Assembly (NCBI GenBank): GCA_027310405.1
Contig: DAIDAX010000002.1
Span: forward strand, 1-50,216
Direction of reading: 5' to 3'
Origin: a bacterium
GTDB taxonomy: Archaea; Aenigmatarchaeota; Aenigmatarchaeia; CG10238-14; SCSR01
DNA: 50,216 bases
Numbering within the stretch: the first letter of the stretch is position 1; each line of letters begins with the position of its first letter. Position numbers and translations under genes: made by a program. The notes beneath the pieces are model-generated. The model was not told the origin of the DNA. It was given only the letters and a program-made list of their open reading frames with translations, and made no database searches. Shown in pieces: positions 24,997 through 34,134 of this stretch.

Positions 24997-25904
24997 CCAA
25001 ATGTCGCCCCAAACACGTAAGCAAATCTTCTGATAATGGTAATTAGAATCCCGTAGAAGAAACCGTTAATTTTTTTCCCTATCACAGAAAATTTCACTCC
25101 CGAATAAATTAAATAAAGAATCAAAATACCAAAAACAATTTCGGTGATTTTTATATTGAACGCCGAGGACACAAGCAGAGCAATCATGTAAAACCAGATT
25201 CCAACAATAAATAATATGTTTTTCTTCATTTCGAAGAGATTACCAGACTTCTTGTCACCGCTTCCATAGTTGAAAAATTGTTTGAACAAAGCATACCACG
25301 TTCTTCTCATTCGCCAGTAAACAACTGCACTTTTTGCAAATCCAAATTTTACATCACTACTTTTAAGTTTCAAAATAAATTTTGTGTCCTCGCCAGTATT
25401 AAAATCTGGATAACCACCATGTTTTTGGAAAACAGTTTTTCTAATTGCAAATGATCTTGATGACATTCTTGTCGAACTCATGAAAATTTTTTTAGCTTTA
25501 GGAACGATCTGTAGTGCCTGAAAATATTCAAAATTATTTTTGTACAATGGCCTGTATATACCAGCAACGGCATCAATATTTTTTTCTTTAAACGGTTTTG
25601 TTATTTCTTTTAACCAGTTCTTGTGTAAGACACAACCAGCATCAGTGATAGCAATAATGCTGTTTTTACTTTTTTCAATTGCATAATTTCTTCCTTTACC
25701 GACAGATACATCTTTAATTTGGAAAACCTTCATCCATCTATACTTCTTTGAATATTTTTCTAAAACATTGAAAGTATCATCAGTAGAGCCACCATCAACA
25801 ATAATAAATTCCTGTGGTTTCTTTTTTTGATTAATCACAGAATTCAAAAATTCTTCTATATTATCCGCTTCATTTTTCACTGTTGTTATAAGCGAGACTT
25901 TCAT
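24993..25904 (-). CDS. GT2 glycosyltransferase with C-terminal TM segments
   Basis: VSLITTVKNEADNIEEFLNSVINQ, IIVDGGSTDDT, ITDAGC. Hydrophobic C-terminus. Confidence 0.8.
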   Translation of the reverse strand: MKVSLITTVKNEADNIEEFLNSVINQKKKPQEFIIVDGGSTDDTFNVLEKYSKKYRWMKVFQIKDVSVGKGRNYAIEKSKNSIIAITDAGCVLHKNWLKEITKPFKEKNIDAVAGIYRPLYKNNFEYFQALQIVPKAKKIFMSSTRMSSRSFAIRKTVFQKHGGYPDFNTGEDTKFILKLKSSDVKFGFAKSAVVYWRMRRTWYALFKQFFNYGSGDKKSGNLFEMKKNILFIVGIWFYMIALLVSSAFNIKITEIVFGILILYLIYSGVKFSVIGKKINGFFYGILITIIRRFAYVFGATFG

Positions 25905-26989
25905 TCCAATCCACTTTCCAAATAGTCTACAATTCTTTCTGCAGCTTTTCCATCTCCAAATGGATTTTTAACTTTTCTAAAATCTTTCTTAAGAAATGAA
26001 ACGACGTCATCTACATCTTTGTCTATCATCAAAGTTGCTACCCCAGCCCTTATTGCTTCGGGTCTTTCAGTTTTCTGTCTAAACACCAGGCAGGGCTTTT
26101 TAAGTATACAACATTCCTCTTGCACTCCTCCACTATCAGTAATTATTCCAGTGGACGAATTTAACAACTTCAAAAAACTTGCATACCCTCTCAATTTCAT
26201 AATTTTAATATTTGATTTTCGTAATGTATTCCATAAGTTCATTTCTTTAAGCTTGTATTCTGTATTTCCATGGACAATCAGAATAACTTTGTATGGAAGT
26301 TTTGTAATTATATCGACAAATTTTTTCATCCTTTCATAAGAATTTATATTTTCCTGCCTGTGAATTTGAGCTATAACATATTTTGTTCTAGAACGGGTTT
26401 TAATTTTTTGGGGAATAAAATAATTGACAGCATCTACAATTGTATTACCCGTATAATAAATTTTTCCAAGCCTGAACTCGTTTTTTAGATTTTTAATAGC
26501 GTCTTTTGTGGGTGCAAATAAAAAATCTGAAAATTTATCTGATATTCTTCTTGATATTTCTTCTGGAAAAGGTTCAAAAAGATCGTAACTTCTTAGCCCA
26601 GCTTCTACATGTCCTATCTTGGGTCGTTTGAATACAATACTTCTATCAGCAATGACTGCAACTGCAGTAGCTAAGGTATCTCCCTGACATACTACAAAAT
26701 CCGGTTTGATTTTTTGAAATACTTTTCTTAGTTTCAAACAAATTTTTAGACTCCATACAGATGCATCTAAAATAGATTTGAATAAATTTCCTTTAAATTT
26801 TCCAGTCTTGTATTCAGATATGTCTAATTTAACGTCGGGCTGTTTAATTTTCAGTTCCTTAATCAAATCATCTATCTTATGTTGACCAGTATGAATAAAC
26901 GTCCATGGAATTTCCCTTTTATCTAACTCTTTCATTATAGGAAATATTTTGATAAGTTCTGCTCTCGTCCCAAGTACTACAGCTATCAT
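25901..26989 (-). CDS. UDP-N-acetylglucosamine 2-epimerase (WecB-like)
   Basis: IAVVLGTRAELIK, VVCQGDTLAT, HVEAGLRS, ITDSGGVQEE. Start set at the internal ATG (MIAVVLG...) to avoid overlapping the divergent gene at 27022. Confidence 0.85.
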   Translation of the reverse strand: MIAVVLGTRAELIKIFPIMKELDKREIPWTFIHTGQHKIDDLIKELKIKQPDVKLDISEYKTGKFKGNLFKSILDASVWSLKICLKLRKVFQKIKPDFVVCQGDTLATAVAVIADRSIVFKRPKIGHVEAGLRSYDLFEPFPEEISRRISDKFSDFLFAPTKDAIKNLKNEFRLGKIYYTGNTIVDAVNYFIPQKIKTRSRTKYVIAQIHRQENINSYERMKKFVDIITKLPYKVILIVHGNTEYKLKEMNLWNTLRKSNIKIMKLRGYASFLKLLNSSTGIITDSGGVQEECCILKKPCLVFRQKTERPEAIRAGVATLMIDKDVDDVVSFLKKDFRKVKNPFGDGKAAERIVDYLESGLE

Positions 26990-27021
26990 ACTACAAATAA
27001 AATATTTAATAGTAAATTTAA

Positions 27022-28119
27022 ATGATGCAAACAATTAGAGTAAGGTTAAAATCGTTTACGCCAATTCCAGACTCATCTAACTATAGATATATGATTTCCT
27101 ATCCACCATCAGATATTGAGTTTGTTGGTTTTAGAAACAAGAGTGTAATTTCAAAACCGAATATTTTTAAAAAGTGGTCTATACTAAAGAAATCTGCAAG
27201 ATCGATAATTGAAGTTACCAAATTACCTAATTTAATCTTCTCTATTAAAAAAGATGCAGATATTTTCCACTGCTCACATTCTTTGCTATTAAATAACTTT
27301 CCATGGGTTACTGATTTTGAACACTACTGGACTTTTTCTGTAAGCGCCAAAATTTCTTATTCTACGACTGGCAAGAAAATTATAAACAATTTCTTAAAAA
27401 AGAAAAATTGTAAAAAAATTTTGCCTTGGACAATTTCAGCTAAAGAAAGTTTAGAACAAGTAATTAAAAACAAAGAAATCTTGGACAAATGTGAAGTTGT
27501 ATATCCAGCAGTACCATTTTTCCAAAAAAAGAAAAGTAATAATAAAATACCTTCACTGTTGTTTGTCGGAAGATATTTTTATGAAAAGGGTGGACTGTTT
27601 TTTGTTAAAGTAGTAGAAGACTTACAAAAGAAATATGATGTAGATGCAAAACTAGTTTCTTTTACAGTTCCAGAAAGTATAATTGAAAAATACGGATCAA
27701 AAATTAAGATTTTCAAACAAGTACCAAATGAAGTTCTTTTTAATAAAATTTATCCAGAAGCAGATGTTTTTATTTATCCAGGATTCACCGATACTTTCGG
27801 GTTTTCACTTTTAGAAGCAATGAGTTTTGGCATCCCAATAATTACAACCAACGCCTTTGCTAGAGAAGAAATCGTCACAAATAACAATAATGGATTTATT
27901 GTAAATAGACCGGACAAAATTAATTTTTTTAAAATCGACAGAAAAGAGAATAATTTAGTAAATAACTTAGTGAGAAAAACGGCTCTTCTTATTGAGAATC
28001 TTTCTACAAGGAAAAAAATGAGTAAAGAAAATAGAAAATTAATTAAGAATGGTAAATTTTCAATTAAAAATCGAAATAAAAAACTTAGGATAATTTATGA
28101 AGAAGCCACCAAACAATAA
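27022..28119 (+). CDS. GT4 glycosyltransferase
   Basis: LLFVGRYFYEKGG, DTFGFSLLEAMSFGIPIITTN. Confidence 0.75.
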   Translation: MMQTIRVRLKSFTPIPDSSNYRYMISYPPSDIEFVGFRNKSVISKPNIFKKWSILKKSARSIIEVTKLPNLIFSIKKDADIFHCSHSLLLNNFPWVTDFEHYWTFSVSAKISYSTTGKKIINNFLKKKNCKKILPWTISAKESLEQVIKNKEILDKCEVVYPAVPFFQKKKSNNKIPSLLFVGRYFYEKGGLFFVKVVEDLQKKYDVDAKLVSFTVPESIIEKYGSKIKIFKQVPNEVLFNKIYPEADVFIYPGFTDTFGFSLLEAMSFGIPIITTNAFAREEIVTNNNNGFIVNRPDKINFFKIDRKENNLVNNLVRKTALLIENLSTRKKMSKENRKLIKNGKFSIKNRNKKLRIIYEEATKQ

Positions 28120-28169
28120 TACTTAACAAATATACTTAAAATTTAAGTTAATTGTAAAATTGTGATTAG

Positions 28170-29684
28170 ATGAAAATTGGAGAAAAACTAGTAAGCAATT
28201 CAGTTTATCTTTTCTTCGACTGGTTTGTTGTTACAGTCTTTTCTCTAATTTTTTGGCTTGTAGTAGGAAAAACTCTGTCAACATACGATTATGGTGTTAT
28301 TGCAACATCGGTAAATACAGTTTCTCTACTTTCGGCTTTCGCACTTGTTGGTCTCGCTTCAGCAGCTCCAAAATTAATTTCGGAATATTTGAGCGTAAAA
28401 AATAGAAAAAGAGCAGATGCAGTTACCACGCTTTCCTTAAAAATAACTTTATTGACATCGCTAATAATAGGAATTGTTTTGTTTTTTGCTTCTGGATACA
28501 TATCCTCCGTTTACAAGACACCAACGATCAGTTTACAAATTGCTTCATTGACAATGATTCCGGCTTCTCTCTACATACTCTCTTCTTCAATTCTACAAGG
28601 TTATCAAGACATGAGAAAAATTTTTTCAACTGATGGACTCGGGTATGCTGTAAAAGCTGGACTTGCTCTCGTTCTAATTGTTGTTGGGTTTGGTTTTATG
28701 GGGCCACTCATCGGTTGGCTACTAAGTTATCTTGTAATTATCTTGTTGCGACTTAGATATTTCAAATCACTGTCATCGAAAGGTATAGACAAACATTTTG
28801 TGATTTTTTCTTATGCAATTCCAGCATTTATTGGTAGTATAATTTTTACTCTCCTCTCGAACACACCAAATCTGATTGTTAGTTCTTTAGAGGGGCCAGC
28901 ACTCGCAGGTTTGTTTGCACTGTCGTTGACTATCACTTACCCAATAGCAGTTGTACCAGGCATATTGAATACAGCTTTATTTCCAATAGTATCAGGACTA
29001 ATGAATGAGAAAAACGCGGCTAAAAGACAAAGGAGACTCATCGGTTTAGTGACACATTACACCTCTTTTGTCGTAATACCTGCTTTAATATTATTCATTT
29101 TATTTTCACGTGAACTAGTTTTGTTTTTTGCAACTCAGAATTATCTTGGCGCAACTCAGTTAATTCCGTACTTAGCTGTCGCATCGTTTTTCTTTGGATT
29201 CGGAAGCATACTTAGTCAAGCTATATACGCCATAAGAAAACCAAAGATGTCACAATACATTGCATTGTTGACGACTGCAATTTTCTTTATCCTTGTACTC
29301 CCACTTACTCTGATGTCTTCTATAAGAGGCACTGCAATCGCATATTTAATTTCTGGAATAGTGTTTTCATTTGTAAGTTACATTTTTCTAAATAAGGTTT
29401 TAAAATTCAGATTACCATTAAAACCACTATCTAAAATTCTCTTATCTGGTGTTTTGGTTTTGCTGATTGGTCTTTACGCACTTAACTTTTCTCTAATTAT
29501 AAAAATTCTATTAGCCATTGCTTCATTGCTGATTTATGTATCTGCTTTAATCCCCCTTCGCTTTTATTCAGTTGACGATATAAGAATTCTGCAAATCCTT
29601 GCAAAGAAATCTCCAGTATTTAAAAATTTGTTTAGATTCACTGGAAACTTCCTTTCAAAGTATGCCAGAGAATCCGATTATTGA
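28170..29684 (+). CDS. MOP-superfamily oligosaccharide flippase (Wzx-like)
   Basis: 504 aa and roughly 12-14 predicted TM helices. Typical polysaccharide-biosynthesis-protein layout within a glycosylation locus. Confidence 0.7.
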   Translation: MKIGEKLVSNSVYLFFDWFVVTVFSLIFWLVVGKTLSTYDYGVIATSVNTVSLLSAFALVGLASAAPKLISEYLSVKNRKRADAVTTLSLKITLLTSLIIGIVLFFASGYISSVYKTPTISLQIASLTMIPASLYILSSSILQGYQDMRKIFSTDGLGYAVKAGLALVLIVVGFGFMGPLIGWLLSYLVIILLRLRYFKSLSSKGIDKHFVIFSYAIPAFIGSIIFTLLSNTPNLIVSSLEGPALAGLFALSLTITYPIAVVPGILNTALFPIVSGLMNEKNAAKRQRRLIGLVTHYTSFVVIPALILFILFSRELVLFFATQNYLGATQLIPYLAVASFFFGFGSILSQAIYAIRKPKMSQYIALLTTAIFFILVLPLTLMSSIRGTAIAYLISGIVFSFVSYIFLNKVLKFRLPLKPLSKILLSGVLVLLIGLYALNFSLIIKILLAIASLLIYVSALIPLRFYSVDDIRILQILAKKSPVFKNLFRFTGNFLSKYARESDY

Positions 29685-30677
29685 AAAAATAATTTGCAAT
29701 CCGATTAGGATTAATGTCATCTGCTTCTCTGTGAAATTTCCAACCGACATTATCCACTGAGTTAACCCATAAACTCTTTCGTTGTATCTCGGTCTCAACG
29801 TCCCATCTCTCTGCAACAATCCCAAGTTCGAGGGGAAGAATCCAAACCTGTAACGATTGTAGAATTTCAAAATAACATTGATGATGAAGAGAAGCATTGT
29901 GATTATCGCAACTTTTTCCATGTTGCCGATTATCGCTCCAGTTGCAACGATTGCCCCGAGAAGATAAGTTAGCGAATCTCCTGGAAGAATTTTTGCTGGA
30001 TAGAAATTAAATTTCATTGCAGCAATCAACGCAGCAAAAGTTACAAAAAATAAAACCGATGCGTCGACGCTGCCGTGTAGCCAAGCAAACAATCCAAGAG
30101 AAAAAGTGTAAACAATTCCCATTCCAATTTCAGACCCATTAAATCCGCCGAGCATGTTTACCATGTTACTTGCAGCGACAACACCAATCGGAACAAGCAA
30201 CAACGTATAGAGAATTCCAAACTGCACTTCACCAATTAGTGGTATGCTCATCGAGGTTATTCCGGCCATTATTACCATTAAAGGAAATGCAGCGGGAAGT
30301 GTAAGCAAAGGTTTCACCCATCTTTTCAGTCCGCGCTTTCCTTCGTGATGATTTCTGATCTCCACTTGCCTTGTGTTGATGTCATCGACAAAACCGATTA
30401 TCGTTATTATCAAAATTGTTGTGACAGATGCGAACAAAGTCAACAAACTAGAAGTCGAACTGTATAGAAAAACTTGGACGAAAATGTAAAACAGAATTCC
30501 GAACAATAGACCAGCTGCTACTGGCAGGCCAATTGAGTGTGGAAGAAATATTTTTTTCTTCTTGTGAACATCTATATCGACTAACTCCGCTTCTCTGAAG
30601 TAATCAATCGCATATTTTGTAATGAAAAACGTTGCAAGGAAAGAAAGAACCATCGAAATAAGTAGAGCCGTTACCAT
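29655..30677 (-). CDS. UDP-HexNAc:polyprenol-phosphate HexNAc-1-phosphate transferase (AglH/WecA/GPT family)
   Basis: GFVDDINT, NMVNMLGGFNGSEIG, PGDSLTYLLG. Polytopic. Confidence 0.8.
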   Translation of the reverse strand: MVTALLISMVLSFLATFFITKYAIDYFREAELVDIDVHKKKKIFLPHSIGLPVAAGLLFGILFYIFVQVFLYSSTSSLLTLFASVTTILIITIIGFVDDINTRQVEIRNHHEGKRGLKRWVKPLLTLPAAFPLMVIMAGITSMSIPLIGEVQFGILYTLLLVPIGVVAASNMVNMLGGFNGSEIGMGIVYTFSLGLFAWLHGSVDASVLFFVTFAALIAAMKFNFYPAKILPGDSLTYLLGAIVATGAIIGNMEKVAIITMLLFIINVILKFYNRYRFGFFPSNLGLLQRDGTLRPRYNERVYGLTQWIMSVGNFTEKQMTLILIGLQIIFSIIGFSGIL

Positions 30678-30678
30678 C

Positions 30679-32325
30679 TCACAACACCTTGTAGATTATC
30701 GAACCATCGCATCCACCTTGCGATAAACAAGTGTTCAAATCTGGACCATTCTCGTAAACTTTCTGGAATGTGTTATTATTCTGTTCCAAGAATTGAATGA
30801 AGCTTATTGGATAACTTTGCTCATATGCTTGAGGACTGATTGCAAATTTTTGCACGAAAATGTAATTAATTCCATCTATACTAAGTCTATCTTTGACTAG
30901 TGTAACGTTGTTGCTCAAAATTATATCTGGTAAATCTTGCAACTCCCACACAGCATTTCTGTCGCAATTATAGACAGTAGGATGTCCATTCTCAGAAAGG
31001 AGTGTCGAGTTTGTCGGTGTATTCTGTTTTACCCAGTCACATGCTTGTAAGAACAACGGAGAAAACTGTTTTACACCAGACATTATTGCATTTTTGCTGT
31101 AGAAATTGCTGAATGACGCTACAATTACTACAAGAATCAGTAACACAGGTAAATATTTGCTGTATCGTTTTATTGCTCTTGATAGTTCTTCCAAATAAAT
31201 CGAAGCTACAACTGAAATTGCTGGTACAGCGATAAGTGTGTATCTTGCTGCGTCTTCGGCTCTTCCCGAATAAGTCAGGTAGAAAATTGGTAGTGTCGCG
31301 AGTAGATACAACAGTGAAATCAAACCAAACTTTTCGCGCCTTGCCAAAATTAACACTGCACCAATCGTAAACAACAAAGGAACTAACCAAATCTGACCGT
31401 ATGCAAATTGAAAGAACGAAATTAATCCAAGACTGTAAACATTTTGCTCTGTCCCAACTAGCGCAGTTCGTCCTGCAAAATTATTTTGTGGTGTATAGTT
31501 ACTAGTTACTATACAATTTTGATTTCTAAATAGGAATTCAAGTTGCCCTGCACAAATGGGTGCATTAAAATAGTAAAGATTTCTTAGAAAAAATCCACCG
31601 AGAAAAACTAACAAGACTACAACAATGAATATATATTTTTTAATAACTCTGAAATCTTTTATTTTGAAAAACTCGTATAGAAAATACAGAAAATAGAACG
31701 GCAGAATTAAATAAGCAGGAGCTTTGGTCAAGATAGAAAGAGCGGCAAATGCTGTTGACAAGACGAGATATTTTTTATCTTTAGTTTTTTCGTATAAAAT
31801 AAAAGTTCCTACAAAAAGAGTAATCCAAAATATCAGAAGCGTATCCACATAGAATAAATCTGCATAAGTAACAATTGACGGAACTGTCACTAGAATTATC
31901 GAGGACAAAAATCCAGTAAGTTTGTTAAATATCTTTCCAAACATTGCATAAGCAGCCAATCCAGTTAAAACGGAAATAAGTGGGGTAAGAATTTCAACTA
32001 TCAACGGACTGAATCCAAACAGATAGTAAAAACTTCCTTCTAAAAATATCCACATTGGTGGTTTAAAGAATCCCTGATGTTCAACACTATCTCCTTCAAA
32101 TGGCATCCATGTATAGTACTGAACATTTCTTGCCACCAATCTCGAAAGCTGTGTATAGTAAGCTTCATCTCCAAATGCAATCGGACTCGGAATTGTTACA
32201 GAAATCTCGAGATAAAAAATTATTGCGAGAAACATCAACAAAATCCAAAACTCAGGTCTTTTTATTTCTAAAGTTTTTTCAGCTTGCTTGTTCTCCTGTT
32301 GAACCTGTTGTATTTCATCTGCCAA
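30679..32325 (-). CDS. GT-C glycosyltransferase (PMT_2/ArnT-like; AglS-like candidate)
   Basis: First external loop has AFGDEAYY (acidic DE motif), followed by ~11 TM helices and a C-terminal soluble domain. 548 aa. Confidence 0.7.
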   Translation of the reverse strand: MADEIQQVQQENKQAEKTLEIKRPEFWILLMFLAIIFYLEISVTIPSPIAFGDEAYYTQLSRLVARNVQYYTWMPFEGDSVEHQGFFKPPMWIFLEGSFYYLFGFSPLIVEILTPLISVLTGLAAYAMFGKIFNKLTGFLSSIILVTVPSIVTYADLFYVDTLLIFWITLFVGTFILYEKTKDKKYLVLSTAFAALSILTKAPAYLILPFYFLYFLYEFFKIKDFRVIKKYIFIVVVLLVFLGGFFLRNLYYFNAPICAGQLEFLFRNQNCIVTSNYTPQNNFAGRTALVGTEQNVYSLGLISFFQFAYGQIWLVPLLFTIGAVLILARREKFGLISLLYLLATLPIFYLTYSGRAEDAARYTLIAVPAISVVASIYLEELSRAIKRYSKYLPVLLILVVIVASFSNFYSKNAIMSGVKQFSPLFLQACDWVKQNTPTNSTLLSENGHPTVYNCDRNAVWELQDLPDIILSNNVTLVKDRLSIDGINYIFVQKFAISPQAYEQSYPISFIQFLEQNNNTFQKVYENGPDLNTCLSQGGCDGSIIYKVL

Positions 32326-32413
32326 TTATTCACCGAACAATTTATACAATTTGAAAGTGCACTATTAAATCTCTTAATCAATGATAAGTTTAAGATAACT
32401 TTAGGTGAAGTTG

Positions 32414-33559
32414 ATGAAAATAGCAGTAATTAGCGATTTGTTTTACCCCCACGTTGGTGGCGGAGAATATTATCTGATGAACATAGAAAAACAACTTGTC
32501 GAACAAGGTCATGATGTAATTCATCTGACAAGTAGACTTGCTGGATCTAAAGCAAATGAAACCGTCGATGGAATAAATGTCATAAGATCTTGGATACCTT
32601 TTTCAAACAATGTGATGAAAGGTCGGTTCTTCTTTCCTTTCACAAATTTGACTAAAATAAAAGAACTGAGAGACGCCGACATAATACAAAGTGTAACTTA
32701 TCCAGCCGCTGTGACTGGATGGCTTTTTGGAAAACTTTTGAAAAAACCAAATATACTTTTTTGTCACGAATTTTTTAGAGACTACTGGAAATTTATGCGA
32801 AGCAACATTTTAGCGAAAAAAATTTATCCAGTTGTAGAAAATTTCATAGCAGACTCACCATACGATTGGGCAATTACTCCATCAGAATATTCCAAGAGAT
32901 CTTTAATTGATGCCGGTTTCGATAAAAGAAAAATATCTGTCGCTTATCATGGCATAGATGAAAAATTTAGACCGAACATAGAAGTTGGTAGTCTGCGAAA
33001 AAAGTATAATTTGGTTGGGAAGAAAACTTTTGGATTCATTGGGAGAATGGATGATTTTGGGCAAAAAGGAATCAAATATTTGATTGAAGCTGCTAAGCTC
33101 GTCGTGAATGAGGTGCCGAATGCAAGATTGCTTTTGGCAGGTACTGGTTACAACAATGTAAAACCATTAATCAAAAAACTTGGTATTGAAAAGTTTGTTA
33201 TAAACTTTGGAAAAATTCCAGATAACATGGTTCCTAAATTCTATTCATTGTTAGATGTTTTTTCTGGTGCATCTATAGCAGAAGGGTTTGGACTAGTTTA
33301 TGCAGAAGCTTCAAGATGTGGGAGACCAGTTGTCGCAACAAATACATCATCCATTCCAGAAATTGTAATTAACAAGAAAACTGGTTTACTTGTTCCTAGC
33401 AGGAATTCAGAATCTTTAGCTAATGCAATAATAAAATTGTTAAACAACAAGAAATTAGCTAAAAAATTTGGAAAGAATGGTCCGAAGTATACGAAAAAGT
33501 TTACTTGGGAGAATTCTTTGAAGAAACACATTGAAGTATACGAAAAGTTTGTGGAGTAA
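32414..33559 (+). CDS. GT4 glycosyltransferase
   Basis: MKIAVISDLFYPHVGGGE, EGFGLVYAEASRCGRPVVATN. ATG 32414 is preceded by GGTGA; the track starts at GTG 32405. Confidence 0.85.
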   Translation: MKIAVISDLFYPHVGGGEYYLMNIEKQLVEQGHDVIHLTSRLAGSKANETVDGINVIRSWIPFSNNVMKGRFFFPFTNLTKIKELRDADIIQSVTYPAAVTGWLFGKLLKKPNILFCHEFFRDYWKFMRSNILAKKIYPVVENFIADSPYDWAITPSEYSKRSLIDAGFDKRKISVAYHGIDEKFRPNIEVGSLRKKYNLVGKKTFGFIGRMDDFGQKGIKYLIEAAKLVVNEVPNARLLLAGTGYNNVKPLIKKLGIEKFVINFGKIPDNMVPKFYSLLDVFSGASIAEGFGLVYAEASRCGRPVVATNTSSIPEIVINKKTGLLVPSRNSESLANAIIKLLNNKKLAKKFGKNGPKYTKKFTWENSLKKHIEVYEKFVE

Positions 33560-33563
33560 GTCT

Positions 33564-34076
33564 ATGAAAAAGATACTAAATGTAGGATGTGGAAACGACA
33601 CTTATGGTACGGATTTTGTAGATTTGTATCCAAGTAGAAAAGAAGTGCTTAAATGTGATATTGATAACGAGAAACTTCCATATCCAAACAACTCATTTGA
33701 TGAAGTCTTTTCACGATGTCTTTTCGAACACCTAACCAAACCCGGATTTGTGCTGAAAGAAATGTATCGTGTCTTGAAAAAAGGAGGAAAATTAATTTTG
33801 ATTACAGACAACGCAAACTATTATGGCTTTGCAATCGGTAAGACTCACCTTGGAGATTATGAAGGAGTCGGTTCTCATGGGAAAGAAGACAAACATTATT
33901 CTCTATTTACAGACTGGCATCTGAGAAATCATACACAGAAAGTAGGATTCAAAAACATTAAAACATCCTATATAGATAGCTCAAGGTCAAGTTTGAAATT
34001 TTTCAATTTTATTTTGAGAATAACACCGTTGAAAAGAATGAGTTATTCGAGGGTAAAACTAGAAGCCACGAAATAA
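33564..34076 (+). CDS. class I SAM-dependent methyltransferase (type 11)
   Basis: ILNVGCGNDTYG (motif I), FDEVFSRCLFEHL, VLKKGGKLIL. ATG lies 5 nt after the upstream stop; the track starts at TTG 33531. Confidence 0.75.
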   Translation: MKKILNVGCGNDTYGTDFVDLYPSRKEVLKCDIDNEKLPYPNNSFDEVFSRCLFEHLTKPGFVLKEMYRVLKKGGKLILITDNANYYGFAIGKTHLGDYEGVGSHGKEDKHYSLFTDWHLRNHTQKVGFKNIKTSYIDSSRSSLKFFNFILRITPLKRMSYSRVKLEATK

Positions 34077-34134
34077 CATTTACAAATAACAAAAGGTTTA
34101 TCCACGCGGTTCAAACTATAATGAGGTTTAATTT

